The position numbers and the translations under genes are program-made. From positions 1 through 43,435 of the IMG/VR virus record IMGVR_UViG_3300033145_003435: 43,435 nt of DNA. The stretch is one strand, 5' to 3'. Under the pieces are notes generated by a model. The model made no database searches. It had not been told where the DNA came from and saw nothing but the letters and a program-made list of their open reading frames with translations. The stretch's first letter is position 1; every line of letters starts with the position of its first letter. Positions 26,103 through 34,876 of the stretch are shown here, in pieces. Origin of the DNA: a virus. Lineage: Duplodnaviria > Caudoviricetes.

Positions 26103-27854
26103 CTAACCCCAGAGCTTATCCAGGAATTCTTCTTCCGCATATTCGGAAACATCGACAACTACCTTATTAGCCATGGCCAGTTTATGCGTGTCAATCACCG
26201 CATCAATCGGATCAATACGCTTTGTCTTGAGATCCTTATTAATTTTGATTTCCCCAAAGGAATTAGATACTGTAGACGCATTCGCCATTGACCAAGAAAG
26301 CAGCTTGTTGTCTTCGTCATAGATCACATTCCCAGCATAAACTTCCAAACGAAAATCTACAGTTGCATCATTCAGGTTACGGGCACTTTGTGTAATCTCC
26401 ACACAATCTACCCCAAAATCCTCCAGGTCAGATAAAAAGGCATCTGCATTATGTGGATCATAAGCGATGCCTTCAAGCTTAAGGTCATATTCTTTAATTA
26501 GTTTTTTATAATACGCCATAATGTATTTATAATCTGTCTTTATCCCACCCAGTGTTTCCGTTACAGTCAATAGCTCTGCCCGAATCCACATATCATAAGG
26601 CGCGTTATCGGTCTTGATATGTTCCTGGACCCGCATCTTTGGAATAAAGCTGTGGGAATGAATGTAATATTTTCTCTCTCCCTGAATATCCAGAGGAAAC
26701 TCAAGTGCGCCCGAAGTTAAATCTCCTCCGCTGGAAAGGTCAAACCCTAAGTAACATTCTTTGCCCCGCATATCTTCTAGATTAGTCTTGCTACCACATT
26801 TACTCCATTTCCCGATATCCATGTATTGGTCTTCCGTAAACTTAACCCAAATGTTCAGAGATTTTGTCATGAAGTTTCTTAACTCTTCACCCTGCATTTC
26901 CTTAGCTTTTATGGCATCTGCTCGTAAACTGACCAAAGTCTCAGGAGTCCACAATGGATTCGCTTTAGGCCATACTTTCTCGTCAAATATACCATCCTTT
27001 TTCTTAATATCTTTTTCGTCAAGCTCGCAGATAAAAACAAATTGCGTTTCATCATTAACCACACCATAAAGTATATTTTTGCAATATTTATATAACTCAT
27101 AGCATGGTCCGTTTAAATCAAATCCTGCCGTAGTGATAACGGAGATAAGACACTGTTTTAATTTTTTAGTCCCATCTACCAGAAGCTTATACATCTGACT
27201 ATTTTTGTGCAGGTGATACTCATCCACTGACCCAAAGTAAGGTCTAAAGCCATCTATTGATTTTGTATCACGTCCTAAAGCTTTTATCTCACCATAAGTT
27301 AAATTGCATAGAATAGTACTCACATAATCTTTTATTGTAAACAGGCCGGCGGTATATTTATCTCCTGCTAATTCTGGATCTGCATTTATAAATTTATAGC
27401 ATTCTTTTAAAACTATTTTTGCTTGAGCTTCCTTTGTTGCGGTTGCATATACCTGTGGATATTGGTACCCATCAAAATTACCATAGTAAAGAGATGGCAC
27501 TCCATTCCCTAGTGATTTTCCATTCTGCCTAGCTACTTGTTCATACGAGGTTCTAAATCTCCTGTACTCGGTATCTTTGATTACCCAACCATTCCATGAG
27601 CCAAATATAAAATCCTGAAAAGGATATAACCTGAGCGGTCGTGGATCGTCTCCTTCCGCCAAGGTAAGTGTTTCAGCAAAATCAATAATATCCTGTGCTT
27701 TTTCCTCGTTCCAGACGTACGGAAAATCAGGAGTACCCTGATGTTCGAGATCTTTTAAATGTCTTTTACAAGCTAGTATTTCAGTTTCCCCAACCGCCCG
27801 ATCTATTGTTCCACTGACAACATCCTCTGCAAACTTAGTAGGCCTATCAAGCAT
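26103..27854 (-). CDS. terminase large subunit
   Basis: VARQNGKS Walker A, VDEYH, ITTAG, DLSSGGDLT, RIDPIDA. Confidence 0.95.
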   Translation of the reverse strand: MLDRPTKFAEDVVSGTIDRAVGETEILACKRHLKDLEHQGTPDFPYVWNEEKAQDIIDFAETLTLAEGDDPRPLRLYPFQDFIFGSWNGWVIKDTEYRRFRTSYEQVARQNGKSLGNGVPSLYYGNFDGYQYPQVYATATKEAQAKIVLKECYKFINADPELAGDKYTAGLFTIKDYVSTILCNLTYGEIKALGRDTKSIDGFRPYFGSVDEYHLHKNSQMYKLLVDGTKKLKQCLISVITTAGFDLNGPCYELYKYCKNILYGVVNDETQFVFICELDEKDIKKKDGIFDEKVWPKANPLWTPETLVSLRADAIKAKEMQGEELRNFMTKSLNIWVKFTEDQYMDIGKWSKCGSKTNLEDMRGKECYLGFDLSSGGDLTSGALEFPLDIQGERKYYIHSHSFIPKMRVQEHIKTDNAPYDMWIRAELLTVTETLGGIKTDYKYIMAYYKKLIKEYDLKLEGIAYDPHNADAFLSDLEDFGVDCVEITQSARNLNDATVDFRLEVYAGNVIYDEDNKLLSWSMANASTVSNSFGEIKINKDLKTKRIDPIDAVIDTHKLAMANKVVVDVSEYAEEEFLDKLWG

Positions 27855-28437
27855 TCCTGCCAGCACCAAATTTAGCGAATTTACTTGTCGGTTTCTCATC
27901 CTTTTGCGGTTTCAGTACATTCTTTACTTTCGCCAGTGGATTAAGGAAAAGCCTATCCTGCATCTTAATCAACATATCCATTTTTTTATTGATCGCGGTC
28001 TCAATTCTTAGCAGCCCATCCACTGCAATCATCCCCCGAAGCTGCTGTTTTATTTTGTAGTTAAAGTCTTCAGCTTCTTCGATGTAGCTATCCAGGTCTA
28101 CGCTATCATACGCGATTTTATCGATTGTCTGGTATGAGTTGATTAATCGTTCATAATCAGCATAGGTTTTGCAATACATTGCCAGCACACCAACATCAGA
28201 ACTAGATAGTAAATCTGTCCCTTGGACTGCTGCCTCCTTGTATTCCTTAAGTAGCTTTTTCCAACACCCTAATGCCGCCAGGTCATTTTTTACAAATGCT
28301 GGCGGCTTCAACTTCTTCAAATCCTTAGTTCCAAGTTTTACCTCAGAATTTTTTCTTTCCTCAATTGCAGTTTTGGTGAGCCTATTCGGGTTGCCTTCAG
28401 CAACGTGTAGGCTCACTGGTTTTGCATTTCTGCCCAT
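27847..28437 (-). CDS. terminase small subunit (P27-like)
   Basis: MGRNAKP...GNP, LAMYC..Y, LFLNP..K. Confidence 0.8.
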   Translation of the reverse strand: MGRNAKPVSLHVAEGNPNRLTKTAIEERKNSEVKLGTKDLKKLKPPAFVKNDLAALGCWKKLLKEYKEAAVQGTDLLSSSDVGVLAMYCKTYADYERLINSYQTIDKIAYDSVDLDSYIEEAEDFNYKIKQQLRGMIAVDGLLRIETAINKKMDMLIKMQDRLFLNPLAKVKNVLKPQKDEKPTSKFAKFGAGRNA

Positions 28438-28459
28438 GGGCTCACCTCCTAAAACCTCA

Positions 28460-28533
28460 TAAAACGAATTTTCGCGGGAGAAAAGAGGGCATGCGGTCGC
28501 CGTGTATTAGATTCAAAAATTTTTATACCCGCC
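28460..28533. other. probable cos region
   Basis: Non-coding gap between HNH and terS with GC-rich core GCGACCGCATGCCCT; position typical of HNH-dependent cos phages. Confidence 0.45.
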
Positions 28534-28905
28534 CTACCCCTTTCCATGCCTGCGATTATGACATGCGCTGCATAAGCTCACTAGGTTAACAATATCTAGG
28601 CGCTTACTCCAGTCTTGACTTATTTCTACTTCATGATGAACTGTATCGGCCGGTGTTATCCTTTCCAACTTTAAACAGTCCTGGCATAGTCCATGGTCCC
28701 TGATTAGCGCCTGCTGCCTAACCCTTCTCCATGCCTGGCTTTTATAGAACCTAGCAGACTTCTTGTCCCTTCGCTGCCGGTCATATTGCTTGTGCCGTTC
28801 CTGCTTTTGTTCCCCCTCCAGATGCTTATGCTGTCCGCAATATCTTTCACCTAGATTACACAAATTCAGGCATCCTATCTTGTTACATTGTTTTTTAAGT
28901 GGCAA
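28534..28905 (-). CDS. HNH endonuclease (packaging cofactor, HK97 gp74-like)
   Basis: FYKS.AW, CQDC, VHH, NLVSLCSACHN..H. Confidence 0.9.
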   Translation of the reverse strand: MPLKKQCNKIGCLNLCNLGERYCGQHKHLEGEQKQERHKQYDRQRRDKKSARFYKSQAWRRVRQQALIRDHGLCQDCLKLERITPADTVHHEVEISQDWSKRLDIVNLVSLCSACHNRRHGKG

Positions 28906-29232
28906 TTGGCTCGCCTACTTTCTGCCACAAAAAAAGAGCCTAAAGGCCCTTTAACTTTTATTGCATAAATATTCACTTATAAAAAACGGTATCACACATC
29001 AATGAACCCTCACAACCGTGGCGTTTGTTCCATTTGATTTAATCAATATTTTTCATTAAAACTGAGCGATTTTAGTTAAAAATGTATAAATATCCAGTTA
29101 CCCTAAAAACATATTGTGTTGAACTCGTTAGTAGCCTCTCAAGCCGCTATGTTTCTGTATTTACTAGGATTAGTAAAAAGCAATTACACATAACTCTAAT
29201 ATGGGTAATACGAAGGAAAAGCAAAGAGAATT

Positions 29233-29781
29233 TTAGTAAATCTTAAATCCTTTAAAAGCATGGTCGATATCTTCCTGTTCAATACCAATATAACGAAGAG
29301 TAATCTCCGGATGACTGTGGTTAAATATCTTCTGCAAAGTAGCAATATCCTTGTACTGCTTATAAAAATGGTATCCAAACGTCTTTCTTAATGTATGGGT
29401 ACCCATGCTTTCTATCCTGAATTGTTTAGCTGCATCCTGGAGTATCTTATATGCCATACTCCTTCCTATTGGTTGGTTATATTTCTCCCTACTCTTAATT
29501 AGGTAGTCTTCCATATCTCGCCCCCGGCAATAGATAGCTAGTTCCCTTTTTAAGATCGGGTTAATCTCAAAAGTCTTTGCTTTGCCGGTCTTTTTTTCCC
29601 GAATTGCTATAGACTTTCGGTCTTTTACATTAGAGATTTTTAGCCGTAATATATCCGATATCCTCAAACCCGTGTAAATCCCTATAAGGTACATGATATA
29701 ATTACGATCACTTTTATCTTTAAAGTAGTTAGCAATATCCTCAACTAAAGCTGGATCTCTAATCGGCTCCACAAAGTTCAC
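29233..29781 (-). CDS. small catalytic-domain-only tyrosine recombinase
   Basis: GLRISD, HTLRKT, FNH, RYIG. Confidence 0.9.
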   Translation of the reverse strand: MNFVEPIRDPALVEDIANYFKDKSDRNYIMYLIGIYTGLRISDILRLKISNVKDRKSIAIREKKTGKAKTFEINPILKRELAIYCRGRDMEDYLIKSREKYNQPIGRSMAYKILQDAAKQFRIESMGTHTLRKTFGYHFYKQYKDIATLQKIFNHSHPEITLRYIGIEQEDIDHAFKGFKIY

Positions 29782-29960
29782 ATAACCACCCGCCTCCGTC
29801 TGGTTACCACTCTGAGCATGGTATCTTTAAAAAGAGGGTACTGGATAACACGGTAAAGATACGGGTCCACTTCCAGTTTACTAATTGAAATTTCACTTTC
29901 GTTTTCACCCTGCTTACAGATGATAGCCGCATCAAGAAATGCTTTTACCTTTTTATCCAT
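29778..29960 (-). CDS. hypothetical protein
   Basis: GGAGG RBS, overlaps next start codon. Confidence 0.6.
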   Translation of the reverse strand: MDKKVKAFLDAAIICKQGENESEISISKLEVDPYLYRVIQYPLFKDTMLRVVTRRRRVVM

Positions 29961-30031
29961 ACTTCCTCCAAATAAAAAAGAGCCCGAAGGCCCTATAATT
30001 TCATGTTATCTACTGCTTTTTATCTATATCA

Positions 30032-30220
30032 TTATTCATCAATTGGAAAAGCCTTTAAAAATGCCTTTGAATGAGTGTTGATAATCATTTCTTTACCAAA
30101 AAAATCAACCTTTAATAATCCAGAAACGCTATCCCATTCGATAACCTCTACAGGTGTTGTTTCAGTCATTCCGTCTTCATTTATATGTGTAATCCGATAT
30201 CGCTTATTTAAATTAAACAT
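30032..30220 (-). CDS. moron-like hypothetical protein
   Basis: Own RBS, sigma-H-like promoter (30250-30279) and downstream terminator (~29975-29994). Confidence 0.65.
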   Translation of the reverse strand: MFNLNKRYRITHINEDGMTETTPVEVIEWDSVSGLLKVDFFGKEMIINTHSKAFLKAFPIDE

Positions 30221-30398
30221 CTTAATACCCCCTTTCTGCTTTTCTATTAGTTTTCGCTAAAAAGGAAGTATTTCCCTGCAATATAAAAGCCGGTCGAGTC
30301 CACCTTGGGTACCCGCCGGCATATTGCCTTTAAATCATCGGGGCCCCAACCTGCAGATTAGGAACCCCTCCTCAAAAGTTTTCAAGTTTTTACATTTA

Positions 30399-30463
30399 TA
30401 TTATAACATCTTTTAAGTCCCTTTATGTCCGGGATTAGTCCGTAAAATGTCCGGATAATGTCC
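30399..30463 (-). promoter_or_regulatory. probable late promoter with phased activator sites
   Basis: GTCC at 30417, 30427, 30438, 30449, 30460 and extended -10 TGTTATAAT on the minus strand. Confidence 0.65.
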
Positions 30464-30474
30464 AGATATAAAAG

Positions 30475-31002
30475 CTACTGAAATAAACCGCCCTTCCATT
30501 CTTCCGGAATGTCTTCTTCCGGTACCTCAATCTGCATAAGCATAGCCGTTTTCAAAACTACTCTTTTCTGCAAATCAAAATACGAACTCCTAGACATCTG
30601 CAGTTTCATCCATACCTCTTTCTCCCCCTTTTCCAGTTCATAACGCAGCCTATATACCAGTTTTTCCTCTGGATCAAATGACTTCATCGCGTTCTCTAAC
30701 ATCTGGAGCTGTATTTCTTTGCGTTCAATTCTTTCTTCCAGAGATTCTTCTTTTATTACATAGGTTTCGCTGGGGGAAGACACGCTGGATGACTGAACTA
30801 CAACCTGTTTCAACTGAGCCGTAATGCTCGTACCAGCCAGTTGGTTCAGCCTCAGCTGCAAATGCATGTTTTTCAACTCAGATTCCATATACTTATACTG
30901 CCGGAGAAACCTTTCGGATCTGCGGTACCAGTCTGGTTTTTTAGTTTTTTTTTCAGATTCTTTAATATCTTTTACTTTGCCGCTGGGATAGTATATTCTC
31001 AC
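30475..31002 (-). CDS. ArpU/RinA-like late transcriptional activator
   Basis: E..L..Y, coiled coil, EK.V..LRY...SRSSYF C-terminal HTH; last early gene. Confidence 0.75.
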   Translation of the reverse strand: MRIYYPSGKVKDIKESEKKTKKPDWYRRSERFLRQYKYMESELKNMHLQLRLNQLAGTSITAQLKQVVVQSSSVSSPSETYVIKEESLEERIERKEIQLQMLENAMKSFDPEEKLVYRLRYELEKGEKEVWMKLQMSRSSYFDLQKRVVLKTAMLMQIEVPEEDIPEEWKGGLFQ

Positions 31003-31100
31003 CTGGCATCCTCCCCTCATTTGGTTTAAAATATTTACCTCTTCTTCCGTTGCTAAGAAAAAACGTCATGATAGCAACCTCTTTAGCTTCTCCCTTTTCT

Positions 31101-31128
31101 CTGTCGTTTAATCGTTGTACTGCGACGT
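31101..31128. repeat. dif-like 11-6-11 site
   Basis: CTGTCGTTTAA-TCGTTG-TACTGCGACGT, 2 bp past a stop codon. Confidence 0.55.
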
Positions 31129-31130
31129 AA

Positions 31131-31535
31131 TTAAATTGCATATTTCGGGATTTTCATCCATGCAATCTCATCGTCATCGCACCCGTAAAACCTTTCGTGC
31201 TTTTTATCACAGGAGGCTATTACTACCCTCTTAGAGCCGCATCGATTATAAACTGATACAAAATACTGTCCCGGTTTATCGGGATACTTTTCGGCGGTCT
31301 GAATCCAACCTGCCCGATTTTCAACGAAGTGTTTCGGCCACGGCATCCAGGCAATAACGTTATAGCCCAAAAAACCCTTCTCTAATGGGCTTTTTGGTGT
31401 TCTTTGCAATCCGGTTGTCGTATAAAATACCGGATATCTAACTACGTAAAGACTTCCGTCCTTACGCTTCGCTACTGCAAGGCATTTTGCCATATCGCTG
31501 TCTGGTTCTCTCTCCAACACATGAATCCACTTCAT
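31131..31535 (-). CDS. tandem DUF551-like domain protein
   Basis: Two WI....P ... IAWM.. units. Confidence 0.65.
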   Translation of the reverse strand: MKWIHVLEREPDSDMAKCLAVAKRKDGSLYVVRYPVFYTTTGLQRTPKSPLEKGFLGYNVIAWMPWPKHFVENRAGWIQTAEKYPDKPGQYFVSVYNRCGSKRVVIASCDKKHERFYGCDDDEIAWMKIPKYAI

Positions 31536-31596
31536 TTGCACTTTCCTCCCTTCTGACGCATCATTATTACCAAAAAAACACAAACAACACAAACAC

Positions 31597-32061
31597 CTAT
31601 CTTACTTGATAAATTCCTGTGCCAAAAATCCTGTCCATCCTGTTATCAAAGCTCTTCTTTATCTTATTGAACTTTATGTACCTCTTTTTGTACAAGCCGA
31701 ATGTTCTTTCTAGCTTTTTATCAATTTTTTCATAACAGTTAGATATTGACTTTAAACTATTTATAATGTCCCTTCTAAAGTCTTCTTTTTGATAGATGTA
31801 AACTCTAGTCAACTCGCTTATGAAAAACAAAAACTCACCAGAAGAAATAATCTCTTGTGTGTATTTCCTTTCGCACTTAACACCATATTTGGACAGAATC
31901 AACACCGTCCGGTTAAGCAACTCATCATCCATGCTTTCTATAATTTCATTAGCCTCATGTTCTTGTTGTGTGCCGTTTACATAATTCTTAATCGATTCAT
32001 TTACTTCCTTACCCATCAAACTTTCAAATTCAGCACACATTGAATTGTGCATGTAACTCAT
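31597..32061 (-). CDS. hypothetical protein
   Basis: 154 aa, AAAGGA RBS. Confidence 0.6.
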   Translation of the reverse strand: MSYMHNSMCAEFESLMGKEVNESIKNYVNGTQQEHEANEIIESMDDELLNRTVLILSKYGVKCERKYTQEIISSGEFLFFISELTRVYIYQKEDFRRDIINSLKSISNCYEKIDKKLERTFGLYKKRYIKFNKIKKSFDNRMDRIFGTGIYQVR

Positions 32062-32200
32062 AGCTGTATCCTTTCATTCACTGGTTGATGATGCTTTATT
32101 TCAACAATCGGTATCAATCCGTGAACAAAATGACAAAAACAATCACTTAGCGCGTGGGCTGCTACACGCCAATTTTTTTTTAAATGATTTATGTATTTTT

Positions 32201-32404
32201 TCATTTGCCATTACTCCTTTTTGCCATATTGATGAAATAATCGCACCAACAAGCAATACATTCCGATTCGCTACACATATCTCCACTACATTTTGTTGAT
32301 GGGGTATAGCCTAATTCTTCTACTGGACAAGAATTAGACAAGTTATAGCTACACGCCAATTCTAACGCTTTCTTTGCAACTTCTAATTCTTTAATATTTT
32401 TCAT
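32201..32404 (-). CDS. Cys-rich hypothetical protein
   Basis: GAGGAGG RBS; ALELAC...CP...C...C...C..CW. Confidence 0.7.
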   Translation of the reverse strand: MKNIKELEVAKKALELACSYNLSNSCPVEELGYTPSTKCSGDMCSESECIACWCDYFINMAKRSNGK

Positions 32405-32419
32405 CCTCCTCACTCCCTT

Positions 32420-32447
32420 CTGTCGCATAATAAACATACTCCGTATC
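32420..32447. repeat. dif-like 11-6-11 site
   Basis: CTGTCGCATAA-TAAACA-TACTCCGTATC between the ssb stop and the next RBS. Confidence 0.55.
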
Positions 32448-32832
32448 AAAGCGGCACTTCATCTCCACCATCAACAATCTCAATATCGTTCAGGTCAAAC
32501 TCTTGCCCTAAATCGCTCCATCCATTAAGCGTACTTTTGTGTTTATTCAGTACATACACCCGATTTGCAATAAAACTCCAATACCTTTTGTTTTGGTATT
32601 TATGACTTTGCATCTGCCCTGAGCATAGCACCAAGCTACCTTTGCGGATATCCTCTGCGGCAAATTCTGCTGTTTTATTAAAGCAAGTCACGTTAAACCA
32701 ATCAGTTTCTTTATCCTTACCACGACTCACAGCTACAGAGAATTTGCAAATTGCAACCCCTGCTTGGCTATATGTTAGTTCAGTGTCCCTTCCAGCGTGT
32801 CCCATGATTTTACAATCGTTCATGTACGGCAT
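32446..32832 (-). CDS. ssb: single-stranded DNA-binding protein
   Basis: FSVAVSR, TDWFNV, KGSLV..G, acidic tail DEVPL. Confidence 0.9.
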   Translation of the reverse strand: MPYMNDCKIMGHAGRDTELTYSQAGVAICKFSVAVSRGKDKETDWFNVTCFNKTAEFAAEDIRKGSLVLCSGQMQSHKYQNKRYWSFIANRVYVLNKHKSTLNGWSDLGQEFDLNDIEIVDGGDEVPL

Positions 32833-32836
32833 TTAT

Positions 32837-33604
32837 TTATCTCCTTTTCCGTTCCCCTATTTTGCTATAAATATCCGCTATGATAATTCCCGTCCTTGTT
32901 AGCTCAGCATCATTTTGGATTAGATTGTTTTGATTCAGTCTCGCCAGCTGCGCTCGGGAAACAAGAATAAGATTATCAATGCCAAAATTCAACTTATTCC
33001 CATCTCCAAAGATAATTACATGTCCCTTGGGCACAGGCCCATTAGCAGCCTCCCAGATCAGTATATGCTTGCCTTTCCACTTGTTCGGGTCCGCAATTTT
33101 GATATCCACATAACCATCGCCGTTTACTCTTTCAGTTCCTACTGGTCGGTAATTCCAGGGTTTATGGCCTTTTTTAAACTGGGTAGGTTCCCAGCCGCCA
33201 ACACCCTTTTTACCTTTGTTAGCAGGAACATGACCCTTTTGAAATCTACCGTCCTGACCGCTGTTAAGTTTATGATTCGCGTAATAACTTTTAAGCTGGC
33301 TGTGCGTATAATCCGTGCCGAATGTCTTATTCAGCAAATCTGTCATATCTTTAGGCCCGACATCTTTATAATTTGCCGCTATGAACTCCTTTATTTCCTT
33401 CGGATATTGCTTGGAAGGTAATCCTTTCGGCAATCCGCGCGACGTTCCGCTTTTTAGGTTATGGTTTTTCTTGTATGCTCGCATTTTCGATTCAGTAAAA
33501 TCCAAGCCAAATTCAGTATTAACCAATGCAACCAGGTCTTTTGTCGTTGTTCCCTGCACATACTGTTTTATAAAAGCCTTAACTTCCTTTGGATATCTTT
33601 TCAT
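32837..33604 (-). CDS. HNH endonuclease-domain protein
   Basis: Duplicated N-terminal repeat, FQKG..P.NKG, H.LIWE..NGPVPKG..IIF.DGNK.N...NL. Confidence 0.8.
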   Translation of the reverse strand: MKRYPKEVKAFIKQYVQGTTTKDLVALVNTEFGLDFTESKMRAYKKNHNLKSGTSRGLPKGLPSKQYPKEIKEFIAANYKDVGPKDMTDLLNKTFGTDYTHSQLKSYYANHKLNSGQDGRFQKGHVPANKGKKGVGGWEPTQFKKGHKPWNYRPVGTERVNGDGYVDIKIADPNKWKGKHILIWEAANGPVPKGHVIIFGDGNKLNFGIDNLILVSRAQLARLNQNNLIQNDAELTRTGIIIADIYSKIGERKRR

Positions 33605-33607
33605 GTG

Positions 33608-33862
33608 CTACTCCCTTAATAATGACGCTTTTAACATTGGAGGCATTTTTTTATCTTCCTCATCCCCGTTACCGTACTCGTGCAAAAATGTCTTCGCTTT
33701 CAATACCAATGAACCATTTGCAATAACTTGGGTAGCTATATCTGAAACCGCCTTCGCCCTATTTATTTCTTCAGTCAGTTTCTCACTAGATAAATCTTCA
33801 TCCCCTAAACGTTCAAGTTGTGCAAACAAATGGTTATTCAAATCACCTAATGTGTTTCTCAT
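33608..33862 (-). CDS. conserved phage protein
   Basis: MRNTLGDLNNHLFAQLERL...EEINRAKAV. Confidence 0.8.
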   Translation of the reverse strand: MRNTLGDLNNHLFAQLERLGDEDLSSEKLTEEINRAKAVSDIATQVIANGSLVLKAKTFLHEYGNGDEEDKKMPPMLKASLLRE

Positions 33863-33950
33863 CAATAAATCCTCCCTTCTACATAAACACTGCGTCACAT
33901 CTTAATTACTAGCAGCCATTACACCAGTGCATAATTCCGACCAATTTCCA

Positions 33951-34346
33951 CTAACTCTCTACCAACTTAACCCCAGCAGCGCTTTCTATCTTCTTCAAAA
34001 TGTCGTGTACTCGGCCATAATTATGATCATAATACTTGTCTTGTTCGAACCACTTTTTAACCTGATCCACTTTACCAGACTCGATGATTAACCCGATAAA
34101 ATCTTCTTCGTAGAGCCAACCAATTCCATGATGAGTAAAAATATCTACCGTTATTTTTCTTTCACCCGTGTTGGCTCTTTCTATCCACTGGGCCTCTTTG
34201 TTAATGTATTTACCATAGCCAATTTCAGGAAAACTCAGTTCTGGCCTACAACTTCTAATTTCGCTCCATACTAAAATTGTTTCGTATCCGCAGCTGTTAG
34301 CAAAGAATTCGCCCGGTTCATTTGTGAATAACACTTGTTCTTTCAC
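33951..34346 (-). CDS. hypothetical protein
   Basis: AGGAGG RBS, GTG start. Confidence 0.6.
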   Translation of the reverse strand: MKEQVLFTNEPGEFFANSCGYETILVWSEIRSCRPELSFPEIGYGKYINKEAQWIERANTGERKITVDIFTHHGIGWLYEEDFIGLIIESGKVDQVKKWFEQDKYYDHNYGRVHDILKKIESAAGVKLVES

Positions 34347-34373
34347 TATTCCACCCCTCCTAAACTCCCCCAA

Positions 34374-34853
34374 CTAACCTGCATCAGCTTCTCCTTCCCA
34401 TTCCGCTAGAGTTTCTTCTAATGTCAATAAAGCCTGCATTGTATATCCAGTAATAACACGGCACCCATTCCTAGTTTCTTTGTCTAAGTTTTCTGCTAAT
34501 CTATCGGCCGCATTAATAACCTTCTCAACTTTTGCTGTCCGCTCTGACACCACATACGGTATTTGCTCATCATCCTCAACAGTAAAATCTATATCAATAT
34601 ACCCCTTACGCTCTAATTTCTCCGTATGCTCCAACAGTAGCTGGTTAATCGGCATCTTACATTCATCCAACACCATACTAATTAGGGTTTTACATGTCTG
34701 CATAGTATCCAGTGCTTCCCTAATTGTGTTCACCGGGTCGGCCTGTACTACGGCCTCGGCTACCTCCCCGGCTTCTTCAAATATCTTTTTTAATTGCCCC
34801 GGTATGCTCCAGCCGTGGGCCTTCCAGTCTACTTCGGGTAAATCTATTTTCAT
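34374..34853 (-). CDS. MazG-like domain protein
   Basis: KIFEEAGEVAEA...EALD acidic helix pattern. Confidence 0.55.
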   Translation of the reverse strand: MKIDLPEVDWKAHGWSIPGQLKKIFEEAGEVAEAVVQADPVNTIREALDTMQTCKTLISMVLDECKMPINQLLLEHTEKLERKGYIDIDFTVEDDEQIPYVVSERTAKVEKVINAADRLAENLDKETRNGCRVITGYTMQALLTLEETLAEWEGEADAG

Positions 34854-34876
34854 TTCGCTTATACCTCCTCTGTTCA

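Noticed and set aside
12675-27100. Many + strand ORFs across the structural module
   Set aside because: Antisense shadows of well-supported minus-strand genes
32161-32361. 14-bp direct repeat GCTACACGCCAATT (32161 and 32348)
   Set aside because: One copy is inside a CDS with no associated structure; cannot be distinguished from chance
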